From Eledone cirrhosa (lineage: Eukaryota): 64,000 bases of DNA. Positions within the stretch are counted from its first letter, which is position 1. Every line of letters starts with the position of its first letter. Shown piece after piece: positions 13,501-27,094 of the stretch. The notes under the pieces are model-generated. The model saw only the letters and a list, made by a program, of their open reading frames with translations, was not told the origin of the DNA and did not search any database. The translations under genes and the position numbers were made by a program. The DNA lies in the NCBI GenBank assembly GCA_964016885.1, contig OZ024744.1, positions 85,064,001 through 85,128,000 on the forward strand, written 5' to 3'.

Positions 13501-14140
13501 GAACTGTTGAACTGTTGAACTGTTGAACTGTTGAACTGTTGAACTGTTGAACTGTTGAACTGTTGAACTGTTGAACTGTTGAACTGTAGAACAGTATAAC
13601 TGTAGAACTGTTGAACTGTTGAACTGTTGAACTGTAGAACTGTTGAACTGTTGAACTGTTGGACTGTAGAACTGTTGAACTGTAGAACAGTATAACTGTA
13701 GAACTGTTGAACTGTTGAACTGTTGAACAGTTGAACTGTATAACTGTAGAACTGTTGAACCGTAGAACTGTTGAACTGTTGAACTGTTGAACTGTTGAAC
13801 TGTTGAACTGTAGAACTGTTGAACTGTTGAACTGTTGAACTGTTGAACTGTTGAACTGTTGAACTGTTGAACTGTTGAACTGTAGAACTGTTGAACTGTT
13901 GAACTGTAGAACTGTAGAACTGTAGAACTGTTGAACTGTTGAACTGTTGAACTGTTGAACTGTGGAACTGTGGAACTGTTGAACTGTGGAACTGTTGAAC
14001 TGTTGAACTGTTGAACTGTTGAACTGTTGAACTGTTGAACTGTTGAACTGTTGAACTGTTGAACTGTTGAACTGTTGAACAGTTGAGCTGTAGGACTGTT
14101 GAACTGTTGAACTGTTGAACTGTTGGACTGTTGAACTGTT
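10551..14140. repeat. 3.6-kb octamer tandem array (GAACTGTT/GAACTGTA)n
   Basis: About 450 8-bp units with recurring variant blocks. Confidence 0.98.
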
Positions 14141-14245
14141 GAGTGTCACTCGTGGTGAAAACCACACAAAAGACCACGGCCACCCTCGCCACCAGGGCAA
14201 GCGCCCTCTCTCACTTTTCCCACTCCTCAGTCTACAGGCGTATAC

Positions 14246-17200
14246 TCAGAGCAGACTCGCCACTTTCACACACCGTTCAACAAACTTACTAGAAGACAGC
14301 ACTTGCCCCTCCACCCTGATTTTCCTCTTCAAGTGAAACTTGAAAAAGTTAATCAGGGATTGGCCCGAGAGGAAAGTGTACATATTAAACCCTTTCAATC
14401 TTGTCCACCACACAATCTCTTTCGCCATGGCCACCAGGCAGATGAAAACTGCCTGGCCTTCCTCCTCTTTAAAGGAGAATGGCGGGGCTATCTGGACAAT
14501 GGACTCAGTCGATAACCGGATCCGCCCTACACACGACAGCAGCTGTTCGACATAGCTCCACAAGTCAGCAATCCTCGCGCACTGAACGAGTGCGTGCAGG
14601 ACGGTTTCGTCGCCCTGCGCGCATCTCGGACAGGCTGGGCTGACAGTACCTCCGTGCCCGTAGAGCTTATCCCGAACCGGTAGCACTTCCAGGCCAGGGA
14701 TTTCTGGAAGTTGTTCATAGGCTCCGGTCTGAAAGTTATCTTGAAGAGAGCGAACAGCTGATCGTCTTCGACGCCTAGGGTCCCCCGGAGAACGTCGTCG
14801 CTGTTTCCCCCCACTAGCCCTCTATAGAACGCCGAGGTGGATGTTCCACCGATACTAGTGCCCAGCCGGTAGAGGGCGGTGAGCGCTTGGAGACATTCCA
14901 GCTTCCAAGCGCTATCCTCAGCCTTTTCCTGATCCAGGACTGCAGCTCCGTCAAGGAGACGAGATGGGGAAAAGCGCGTCTGGTAAACGTTAAGAAAGCA
15001 CCAGACATGTCGCAGCCTCAGCGCATGTTTGCGATTCATCAGCCACGGCATGCGTAGCCCTCCACGCAACGGGTGTTGACAGCAAATGGATCGTCTAATC
15101 ATGCGAACACGTCCCTTTCACAAAAAGCAGAAGAGAAGGCGCTCTATTTTGGTCAGAGTTGGGCGGGGGCAAGGTACGACGGTCAGGTGGTAACAGATAA
15201 CGGACGCTATGTACGCATTCGCCAATTTCTGGTGAGAGAGGCCACCCTGCTCGTCTACTCGCTCCAGTTTTTCTCCATCTGGGGGTCCGGACCGAACCAG
15301 ACCCCGAGCAATTTAAACGGTCCTTCCGTCCAGCGCGCCACGACGCTGTCGGACGGCATGGACTTGCCTCCCTAGGTGCCGAGTTGCAAGCCCACCGACT
15401 TTTCCTGGTTTATCTTTGCTCCTGTCACCGCTTCGTATTCCTTGAAAGCGGTGCCGAGCATCTGGACATGTTTGGTGCTCGACACCACCACAGTGACATC
15501 GTCAGCGTAATCTGACACGGAGCTCCCGCATCCCAGTTCGCGTGGAAACCTCCTGATCGTCTCCAATTTGTGTAGTAACGGCTCTAGCGCCAGTACGTAC
15601 AAGAGGGATGAGAGGGGGAAACACTGGCGGACCGAGCGCATGATGCTGAAAGGCTGCGACAAGTGACCATTCACCCTCACAATCGAGCAGATGTCGCTGT
15701 GCATCGCAGCGATCCAGCCCCTAAAAACGGGCCCGAATCTGGCCGCCTCGAGGACTGCAGCCAGGTACCGAGGGTCGAACCTATCAAATGCTTTAGATTG
15801 ATCCAAGTTGATGATGGTCCCACCTGAGCCAGGTTCCTTAACCACCCTCTCTATGCTGTATCGCATGAGGTGGAAGTTGTCGTGGATAGATCTGACCGGG
15901 ATGGCGCATGTCTGCGTCTCTCCCACCAGATCACCGACGACAAGTGCCAACCTCGTTGCTAACACCTTAGCCAAAATCTTCAACTCTGCGTTTAGCAGAG
16001 TTATGGGCCTGAAGTTGTCTATAAAGTCCCCCTTGTTCGAGTCTTTTCTCTGCAGCGCTACCCCTCCCCGGCTCACAAAACTGGGAATGCTCCTGTTCTG
16101 CTGCCAGTTTCAGTAGACATCTGCCACGAGGTCGCCGAACAAGTCTGGCATATACGCATAAAACTCGTAGGGCAGACCATCCAAACCTTGCGATTTACCC
16201 CTCGTGCAGTCAGACATCGCGCCCCGTATTTCACCTGCCGTTATCGTCTTTTCGCAGCACTGCGCTGCGGTCGTCGAGAGCCTCGCCAGTCCGTCCAGGT
16301 ATGCACCGAAGTCAATACTACGATCCAGCCCGCCGCCGCTCATGCGCCCGTTTTGATCAGGCAAAGACCGAATTGTGGACTTGTTTCGACGTCGCGCCTC
16401 CACCACCCGGGCCCATTGAACGGCTTTCGTCCCCTCGTGTATTAGAGCACGCGCTCTAGCTCTGACAACGCAGCCTTCATGCTTTGCGTTGAAGAATTGG
16501 TCGAGTGCCAATCTCGCCGCAAGCACGTCGGTTGCGATGCCTGTCCTAAACGCCTCTTCTAGCTTTCTAACTAGCTCTCCCTCTACTCTATTTTCCTCTA
16601 TCACTACTCCTTTGCGAAACCTTATCGATTCTACTCTAATAGCCCTTTTCAGGGTAAACCTCCACCTGTTGTTGACGATCGCACCCGTCAACGTACGCTT
16701 AACTAATTCGCTAATACGGTCTCTGTAAGTTTTGCGCGCCGGGAACGACGCGTTCAGCTTCCAGTAGCCGGGCCCTTGCCTATGGAGTCTAGCTAAGTCA
16801 ACTTCACAGATCACAAAGTTGTGGTCCGTGTAGTCGACTACTTTAAATTTTGGACAACATACACTAGCCTTATCTGTTTCCCTACAGAATACCCTATCTA
16901 AATACGGTCTGGATGACTCGATGCAGTTTGCCCATGTCCACATTGGCACATTCGGATAATCCAGTCTATACCTGACAGACAGTTCAAAACGTCTGAGTAG
17001 GTTGTTGAGGCTTTTACACTCTCCTGCTCTGTCTACTAGCCCCACATAATCCCAGCGTGCATCTAAGATACCGTTCCAGTCACCCACTAACACTAAAGAG
17101 CGGGACGTTCCAAGCAAGCTCTCGAGACGTCTGAAGAAATCTGGCCGTCTTGCCCCCGTAGACGGCTACTAACCTGAAAGCATTGCCTTGGCTGCCGGTC

Positions 17201-17496
17201 ACGTCCAGCACCACCGACTTACCTTCTGGGTCCAGGAAGATGACCCGTATAGCGAGATCCAAGCCTCTCCGAAAAAGCACAGCAACTCCCCCCCCCCCTG
17301 ATCCTGGACGGCTGGGAGATGCTTATACATCGTAGCCGCCGAAGATCGGTGCGCAGGCTCGTGCTTTGGAGATTCAGGTCTCCCTGGTGACCACTACATC
17401 TATGTCTAGTGACCCGAGGTCGTTGTGCAGGTGACTCTGCTTCCAAGATGATCCCAGGTCACGTACATTTATACTGCCTATACCAAATACGACCAT
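14246..17496 (-). pseudogene. LINE ORF2: AP endonuclease, reverse transcriptase, C-terminal zinc finger (frameshifted)
   Basis: MVVFGIGSINVRD start; LVLVGDWN, YTDH, GPGYWKLN; GLDGLPYEFY; NFRPITLLNAELKILAK, LDQSKAFDR, SVRQCFPLS, YADD; CPRC..GDETVLHALVQC. Confidence 0.92.
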
Positions 17497-17799
17497 GTTG
17501 GATGAGGAACGGGGTAAGTGAAAAAGGATCACTTACCTTGATCGTGTGGGGAAGGGACAGTAGAACCGTCCCTTCGGCTGGTCATGGGTGTCTCCAAGAC
17601 GATATCTTTATAGATTCTCTTGGAGAGTGACCCCGTGAAATCCCCAACACAGTTGGGGATTTTTGTTTTAATTGTTTATAGTCTTCGTGTTCAATTTCCA
17701 CAATGTTAATATTTTTTGGTAATGTTCTTGGTGTTGTTGGGGTCTGGTAATTTACGTCTGAAATATCGGTGTGCTGTTTTATATGTTCCATTAGTCATT

Positions 17800-19476
17800 G
17801 GTGTGCAATGTTTATGGCTGTGTACTTTGGTGGTGGTGGTGGTGGTGGTGGGTGGGTGTGTGTGTGTGCTGTTTTCTTGTTGTTGATGTTGGGTGTGTGT
17901 GCTTTGTTGTGTTTGCGATGTTGGTGTTTTTGGTGATGCTGGTGGTGGTGTGGTTGTTGTTGGTAGTGATGCTTGTGGTGGTGATGGTGATGGTGTTGCT
18001 TTTGGAGAGCGAAGCTAAGTGTTTTTTTCGTTTTTGTATTTTGTGGCAGACCTCTTGCTACTTCACTCCGGCCTCATACTCCATGTCAGATTCCGTGTCT
18101 CTGGGAGGGGTATGTTCTCCACGGTGGTTGGTGGTGGTAGTAGAGCCCACTCCAGCGATTTTGCCGCCGGTGTAGCTACTGCGACCGTTGGTGTTGCCGC
18201 CACTGCTGCCGCTGTTTAAGTTGTCTGTGGTCTTGGCATGGGTGCCACGGACGTTTCCCCCCTACTCATCATGGAAGAGTCTTCTGCCTCTGCTGCCTGC
18301 CCTGCTCTTGGTAGCAGTGGATCAGGCGTCGGAAGGAGGGGTGCCCTCTTCTTTGCTGTCTTCTGCGGACAGAAGGCTCTGAGGTGACCTTTTACCCACA
18401 GAGATAGCACTTGGGCGCCTTCCTTCCACGCTTATAGGGAGTTGAAGACCTTCCTCGAGGTCTAAGATGTCTGGGATGGCCTCGATGCACTCTTGGTCAG
18501 TTTGTATTAGTATTTACATGCCTATTCCTGACCATTCTCTCTTCCCATTCTCTGTATTTGCAGTATGGTGGTCTTCTCCTCGATTCCAGCAAGTACAGAC
18601 GCGGCCAGCCAAGGTATGGGTACGTCGGGCGGGACCTGGGTCACTTTCACCCTCACAATTTTCTGTCCGCAGTAGGAGGGCACCAATACTATCTCCTCAC
18701 TCTTTATGGTTTTCAAAGAGTGAGACTTCGCCTCGTGGGGGGGGGGGGGGGAAGTACGTCTACTGTGGCATACTTTCTGCCTCGGGTGGTGTGGGTTTTG
18801 CACGCCCAGATGCACCCCAAGGCCTTTTGGATTTGAGCCTCCGTGGCTCTCTCCACCCGATGTGACATTTTGCTTACGGTGCGGTAAGTCACCGTGCGCA
18901 GCTGCTGGTCCTTGAAAAAATCGGGTGGAGGTTTCAGGGAAACTCTATTGTCATTTCATGTCACCATGGCTCTTGTGACTGCTATCTCCTCCTCCGTGAC
19001 TAGCACTGTTTCTAAATTTCGGGCCGCACCTGCGAAAGGAAGTGGCCCCTTTTTCAGTGGCACATTATTGCTGCTGCCACTGTTGCTACTGGTCTTGTTG
19101 TTGGTGCTGTTGCTGTTATCACTGTTGTAGTTGGTTGTGTTTTTGGTGCCATCTTTGTTGTTGTTTTCGGTGCAATTTGTATTGTTGCTGTTGGTGTTGT
19201 CGTTGTTTATTTTCTTGTTAGTGTTTTTAATATCGTTGTTGCATTTGCTGTCATTTTTTTCTGTTGTCTGTATTTTGGTTGTCGCTGTTATTGTTGTAGT
19301 CGGTGTGGTAATATTTAAAAAAATTAGTGTTCTCAGTGTTGTTGTATTTGTTCAAGTTGTTTGTGGTGTTGTTTGTTGTATTAATTTCTGTAACCTTCCT
19401 CTCAACTCTTTTACGCCGTTGTCACACGACAGCAGACATATTGCTGGGGGGGGGGGGGGGGGGGGGGCACAGCCAT
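17800..19476 (-). pseudogene. LINE ORF1 (gag-like) with CCHC zinc knuckle, decayed
   Basis: Probable ATG at 19476; N/T/K-rich N-terminus; RVKVTQVPPDVPIPW; VEGRRPKCYLC..KGHLRAFCPQK at ~18370-18430. 3' boundary approximate. Confidence 0.7.
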
Positions 19477-19649
19477 GTTTTTTTTTTTAACAATTTTTTT
19501 TATTTTTTTTTATTTTATACTTTTCTCTTCACAGGGCAAAGTCCAAGGGCTTATTCCCTTACACAACAAGAAAAATTTAACAACAAATAATTATAACAAG
19601 TAAATAAAGCGACTTACTGGGAGCGAGCAAAAAGACGTCCGAACAGACC

Positions 19650-19685
<36 letters not shown>

Positions 19686-19897
19686 GATACTGAACATAAT
19701 TCCGTGGCGACAGAAACAATTGTGTACTCCTAAAACCGTCAGACTGCACTTCGAACCTGTTGGATATAATTGTGTACCCCCGTTTAGCTGAAGCATAATA
19801 TATGAGCAAAAAAAAAAACACGAACACACTTGAAATACGTGATTATATAATATGATTGGCTGTAGTTAAATAATTAAGCAATGACACAGCACTTATA

Positions 19898-20288
19898 ATA
19901 ATTGTTTCTACTTTAGGCACAAGGCCAGCAATTATCCAGTGCATTACTGGTACTTTATTCTATCGACCCCGTAAGGATGAAAGGCAAAGTCAACCTCGGC
20001 GGGATTTGAACTCAGATCGTAAAGGGAGGTAACTATGCTGGAAAGCATGGCGTCCGACCCTCTACCGATACTGCCAATCCACCGTCCTTATAATAATGAT
20101 ATTAATAATTGTTTCTACTTTTGGCACAAGGCCAGCAATTATCCAGTGCATTACTGGTACTTTATTTTATCGACCCCGTAAGGATGAAAGGCAAAGTTAA
20201 CCTCGGCAGGATTTGAACTCAATCCGTAAAGGGACGTAACTGTGCTGCAAAGCAAGGCGTCCGACCCTCTACCGATACTGCCAATCCA
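19898..20288 (-). mobile_element. Two tandem SINE family A copies
   Basis: Two near-identical reverse-complement copies, ~19898-20085 and ~20107-20288. Confidence 0.85.
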
Positions 20289-20744
20289 AATGAAATGATT
20301 GTGTACAGTGCTCAGGTGCACTACAACTCATCAAAGGTGCATGTATAGTACATAGAGTAGCGTACAAATGTCAGGAAATGGAAAAGTGTATGAGTCATGA
20401 TATACATGTGTATATGAGTTCAATATACAACAAATTTAACATTAAAATCTATAAAAACAACACCAAAGGAAATATAACTAAGAAAAAAAACAAAAAAAGA
20501 ACAGTGTGTATAACTTTGATAATTCTGATAACTTTGATAGGTTTCGGCCAGTATTCGCCCAGACCATGTTTTACTTTATAGGAATACCTGGTAAATAGTT
20601 TTTCAAATTGCAAAACAATTTCCAAACAGAAACCCACACACAAATTAATTGACTCGGTTATTCAGGACAGTCTCAAGAATTGAGAAGCTAGGAAAGTAAC
20701 ATTAATATCACTATACAATTTAGCTCCCGTTTCTTCTACAACAA

Positions 20745-20978
20745 CTACAACGTTACGTGATGGGGCCCACCCACAGCCCCGGCGAACAGAATGGAGAAGG
20801 CGGTTCCCCGGGGGACGGCGAGGGAGACTCGCCGGAAGAGCCGCTCCAACTCGCGGGGCTCACACCTGCGGCTGGCCAGCTCAGCGTCTATGGTGGTGAG
20901 TAAGGAGGTAGGACTGGGGCCGAGGACACCAGAAGTCTCCACTGCCAGGGGTACGACTGAAATACAGTAAGTCTCCAC
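20745..20978 (-). mobile_element. CRE-like (restriction-like endonuclease) non-LTR retrotransposon, C-terminal fragment
   Basis: PLAVETSGVLGP...RRCEPRELERLFRRVSLAVPRGTAFSIL resembles the CRE C-terminal consensus. Confidence 0.7.
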
Positions 20979-21214
20979 CTTATGAACTTCCTACTTAATA
21001 ACTTCTGGAGATACGAACATTCTCATGAAGAAAAGAAATTTTGTCTCAGTTTAAAATTTAAGTTTTTGGTGGGCTCTTTCTGGCCCTGTGTTCCTTCTTT
21101 TGCAGTATAAAAACAAGTTGTAAACCTACCTATGGTATGGGATTCCGTTCTGCTTTCACAGAATTGAAAAAGTACTTTTTTTCTTTAACAATTTATTGTC
21201 ATTAGGTTTACAGT

Positions 21215-22406
21215 ATGTTAAATATACCACTATATACTGTATATATACCTCTATATTACATGTTATATATACCACTATATACAGTATATATACCTCTATA
21301 TTACATGTTAAATATACCACTATATACTGTATATATACCTCTATATTATATGTTAAATATACCACTATATACAGTATATATACCTCTATATTACATGTTA
21401 AATATACCACTATATACTGTATATATACCTCTATATTACATGTTCAATATACCACTATATACAGTATATATACCTCTATATTACTTGTTATATATACCAC
21501 TCTATACTGTATATATACCTCTATATTACATGTTATATATACCACTATATACTGTATATATACCTCTATATTACATGTTATATATACCACTATATACAGT
21601 ATATATACCTCTATATTACATGTTATATATACCACTACATACAGTATATATACCTCTATATTACTTGTTATATATACCACTACATACAGTATATATACCT
21701 CTATATTACATGTTATATATACCACTATATACTGTATATATACCTCTATATTACATGTTATATATACCACTATATACAGTATATATACCTCTATATTACA
21801 TGTTATATATACCACTACATACAGTATATATACCTCTATATTACATGTTATATATACAACTATATACTGTATATATACCTCTATATTACTTGTTATATAT
21901 ACCACTATATACAGTATATATACCTCTATATTACATGTTAAATATACCACTATATACTGTATATATACCTCTATATTACTTGTTATATATACCACTATAT
22001 ACAGTATATATACCTCTATATTACATGTTAAATATACCACTATATACAGTATATATACCTCTATATTACTTGTTATATATACCACTATATACTGTATATA
22101 TACCTCTATATTACATGTTAAATATACCACTATATACCTTATATATACCTCTATATTACATGTTATTTATACCACTATATACTGTATATATACCTCTATA
22201 TTACTTGTTATATATACCACTATATACAGTATATATACCTCTATATTACATGTTAAATATACCACTATATACTGTATATATACCTCTATATTACATGTTA
22301 TATATACCACTATATACAGTATATATACCTCTATATTACTTGTTATATATACCACTCTATACTGTATATATACCTCTATATTACATGTTATATATACCTC
22401 TATATA

Positions 22407-22452
<46 letters not shown>

Positions 22453-22528
22453 CTATATTACATGTTATATATACCACTATATACTGTATATATGCCTCTA
22501 TATTACATGTTATATATACCTCTATATA

Positions 22529-22589
<61 letters not shown>

Positions 22590-22809
22590 ACTATATTACA
22601 TGTTATATATACCACTATATACAGTATATATACCTCTATATTACTTGTTATATATGCCACTACATACAGTATATATACCTCTATATTACATGTTATATAT
22701 ACCACTACATACTGTATATATACCTCTATATTACATGTTATATATACCACTACATACTGTATATATACCTCTATATTACATGTTATATATACCTCTATAT
22801 ACTGTGTAT

Positions 22810-22867
<58 letters not shown>

Positions 22868-22898
22868 TATATAGAGGTATATATAACATGTAATATAG

Positions 22899-22967
<69 letters not shown>

Positions 22968-23960
22968 TAATTTAATATATCTACTAACATAAGCGCACAG
23001 ATGTACGCTAATACCAGCAAATACACAGGTTATGTCATATACCTAGGTGGTTCAATGCAGGAGAATGCAGAATAATAATATAAAAGACGTAAAATAAGAA
23101 AATTTTTTTAAAAAAATTAAAAAAAAAATTAACTTACTTACTTAAATTTTCACTCCAACTAATTAGTTTCTGTAATGGGATAAAGACAGTTACGTAATGA
23201 ACTGTTGAGAATTTCATTGCGTCATCAGGGAGGTCATTCTCAGCCGAGTCTCCAGGCGATGCGCGGACACTGGGGACTCAACAGTTCATTACGTAACTGT
23301 CTTTATCCCATTGCAGAAACTAATTAGTTGGAGTGAAAATTTAAGTAAGTAAATTTTTTTTTTTATTTTTTTTTTTAAATGTTCTTATTTTACGTCTTTT
23401 ATATTATTGTTCTGCATTCTCCTGCATTGAACCACCTAGGTACTATGACATAACCTGTGTATTTGCTGGGTATTAGCGTACATCTGTGCGCTTATGTTAA
23501 TAGATATATTAAATTATCTATATTTATCTCCAAATCACTGATTTGTCGAGCAAACCTGCCAAAACCACTTCTAAAATTTTTTTTGGGGGTGTTAGTAGGC
23601 GCCTGTCATCTTACCATCCCATTCCTACTGACTAGCCTCTGTGTCACGTGATTGATTCTTTAGAATCGGCCATATGATCAGTGGCAGTGAGAATTTTCAG
23701 TAGCTGGAATCCAGTCCTCGATAGCTGTTCCATTTACCGAATTATTATTATTTTTATATGAGTCCCCAGTGTCCGCGCATCGCCTGGAGACTCGGCTGAG
23801 AATGACCTCCCTGATGACGCAATGAAATTCTCAACAGTTCATTACGTAACTGTCTTTACCCCATTGCAGAAACTAATTAGTTGGAGTGAAAATTTAAGTA
23901 AGTTAATTTTTTTTTTAATTTTAAAAAAAAAATGTTCTTATTTTACGTCTTTTATATATA

Positions 23961-24059
<99 letters not shown>

Positions 24060-24401
24060 ACTATATTACATGTTCTATATACCCTATATACTGTATATAC
24101 ACCTCTATATTACATGTTGTATATACCTCTATATACTGTATATATATATACCACTATATTACACGTTCTATATACCCTATCGACTGTATATATACCTCTA
24201 TATTACTTGTTATATATACCTCTATATACTGTATATAAATATATATATACCACTATATTGCATGTTATATATACCCTACATACTGTATATATACCTCTAT
24301 ATACTATATATATATACACCTCTATATACCTCTATATACTATATATATATATACACCTCTATATACCTCTATATACCTCTCTATATATATACCTCTATAT
24401 A

Positions 24402-24481
<80 letters not shown>

Positions 24482-24613
24482 ATATATACATACCTCTATA
24501 TACAGTATATATATTTAGCTCTATATTACATGGTTTATATACCTCTATATACTGTATATATATACCTCTATATTTCATGCTATATATACCCTATATATAT
24601 ATATATCTATATA

Positions 24614-24655
<42 letters not shown>

Positions 24656-25080
24656 CTATATTACATGTTATATACCTCTATATACTGTATATATATACCT
24701 CTATATTACATGTTATATACCTCTATATACCGTATATATATACCTCTATATTACATGTTATATACCTCTATATTACATGTTATATACCTCTATATACTGT
24801 ATATATATACCTCTATATTACATGTTATATACCTCTATATACTGTATATATATACCTCTATATTACATGTTATATACCTCTATATTACATGTTATATACC
24901 TCTACATACTGTATATATATATACCTCTATATTACATGTTATATACATCTATATACTGTATATATATACCTCTATATTACATGTTATATACCTCTATATT
25001 ACATGTTATATACCTCTATATACTGTATATATACCTCTATATTACATGTTATATATACCTCTATATACTGTATATATATA

Positions 25081-25119
<39 letters not shown>

Positions 25120-25250
25120 CTATATTACATGTTATATTTACCACTATATACTGTATATATACCTTTATATCACATGTTATATATACCTCTATATACTGTA
25201 TATATACCTTTATATATACCTTTATATTACATGTTATATATACCTCTATA

Positions 25251-25255
<5 letters not shown>
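21215..25255. repeat. 45-bp AT-rich minisatellite, interrupted by (TA)n expansions and a fold-back element
   Basis: Unit TATATACCACTATATACTGTATATATACCTCTATATTACATGTTA; regular 21215-22800, shuffled 24055-25255; one inverted unit at ~22862-22905. Confidence 0.95.
22964..23955. mobile_element. Non-coding fold-back element with ~553-bp permuted monomer
   Basis: 23277-23405 recurs at 23830-23955; 22964-23278 is the inverse of 23758-23955 joined to ~23400-23519; (TA)n flanks. Confidence 0.75.
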
Positions 25256-25291
<36 letters not shown>

Positions 25292-26432
25292 TCAAATGGA
25301 AACCAGCAGTATCAATGCAACATATATGGCTTACTGGTACGTAGTGAGTCAGACGATCAACTTACGAACAAATCAACTAGCGAACGGCTTCTTGGAAGAT
25401 TCGTAAGTTGGGGATTACTGTACTTAAATCCACCCATCCGCCTGCTGTACTCGCTCCCGACCCTCGCCGTTCTCTACGATACCGGGTAAGAATTGTGGAT
25501 TGAATCGAAGAGATCCATCTATAAAATGTATTCCATCTTCGCCAGTTCCAACGATCAGTTTTCCTTGTTGTTTGACCAAAAGATCAGCCTGATCGCGGAA
25601 TCAACATGCAAGTGATTGAGTATTCCACAGTCACGTGTACCCACAACATAATTAATTGCAAGGGACATTTTTTTTTTTAAAGAATTCCAGGTACAAAATC
25701 ATTTTTCCTGTTGAGAGGAAATTACGTAAAGTAACGTAAAATAAAATGTCTTGCTGAAGGATACAATACGACGTCGGGATTCGAACTTCTGACCTTGCAT
25801 TCGTGAGTAGAAGAACATCGTAACCATTAAGCCATGTACCTCCATACAAAATGATCTTGAAGTTGACTATATTAAACGTCATGTATAATTATTTTAAAAA
25901 TATAAAGTAACCGTTATTATGACAAGAGTTACCTCCCTTAGACCAATTCGTTTAAAAACGAAATTTATATAAATTTTATAGAAAATTTTCAAAAGAAATA
26001 TTTGAAATATCTTGAGACAGCAAAGCAGAACAGAGCCACGATATTTATACGTTGTGTGTCTGTGTGTACGTGTGCAGGCATACACACATACACACACACA
26101 CACACACACACAAATATCCCCTCACACACACACACTCCACAACCACTTTAGATCACAACAACTTGTCCGTTTGAAAGACCCAAGATGAATGGAAAGTGAT
26201 TCCGCACCATCACCAGAGAGGTTTACAACACGTTAACACACCAATACTTTGATCTGGTCAGTCTTTGATCCAAGGTCACGGGACTCACTTCTACACAGAT
26301 CAAGGACGGAACCAACACCACCTGGACTAATCAATATCTGTGATCGGCAGAAGTTCCTAAAGAGGTTCAAAATCAATTTTATAACAAGGAACACCAGGCT
26401 ACACTACTTTTAACAACTCGTCAAAACCCATA

Positions 26433-26866
26433 GGCCAAGATCCGATAGTATCTAGGCTGAAAGAACCATTATATAAGATATAATACCTTTCCAAGATCTT
26501 AAAACCAATATTAGCCCCTTTATTGGGCAAAGATCCGATAGTATCCAGGGTGGAAGAACCACTATATAAGATATAATACCTTCCCAAAATCTTAAAACCA
26601 ATATTAGCCCCTTTATTGGGCAAAGATCCGATAGTATCCAGGTGGAAGAACCATTATATAAGATATATCTTTCCAAGATCTTAAAACCAATATTAGCCCC
26701 TTTCTTGGTCGAAGATCCGATAGTATCCAAGGTGGAAGAACCACTATATAAGATATATCTTTCCAAGATCTTAAAACCAATATTAGCCCCTTTCTTGGTC
26801 GAAGATCCGATAGTATCCAAGGTGGAAGAACCACTATATAAGATATATCTTTCCAAGATCTTAAAA
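26433..26866. repeat. 90-bp minisatellite, about 4.8 copies
   Basis: Unit CCAAGATCTTAAAACCAATATTAGCCCCTTT...GATCCGATAGTATCCAAGGTGGAAGAACCACTATATAAGATATATCTTT; gives 30-aa periodic ORFs. Confidence 0.92.
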
Positions 26867-27060
26867 GCAGTATTAGTAGAAGGACTAGCATCCGAAACGT
26901 TATGACTCTTTTCCTAAAACTATATCAAGAGTAAAAATAATATATTCTTCATTATACTTTCTATTTTGTTTTGTTATTTCTGTTTATCTTTATATATATA
27001 GCAACCGACACGGTACAATGGAAAAGAAAATATTTTTGCGTTCGATATCGTAGGAAAAGA

Positions 27061-27094
27061 GTCAACGTTTCGGACGTTAGTCCTACATCAGAAA
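27061..27094 (-). ncRNA. Degenerate minimal hammerhead
   Basis: CTGATGT-A GGAC TAAC GTCC-GAAACGTT; related decayed copy at 26876-26907 (+) and better copy at 45651-45686. Confidence 0.5.

Larger units (their letters stand above)
14141..19650 (-). mobile_element. Full-length decayed Tx1/L1-clade LINE (ORF1 + EN-RT ORF2)
   Basis: Two-ORF layout; 5' end abuts (AAT)n at 19650-19683; 3' UTR cut off at the octamer array. Confidence 0.9.

Noticed and set aside
10551-26866. CRISPR-like interpretation of the tandem arrays
   Set aside because: No unique spacers, no cas genes, eukaryotic context.
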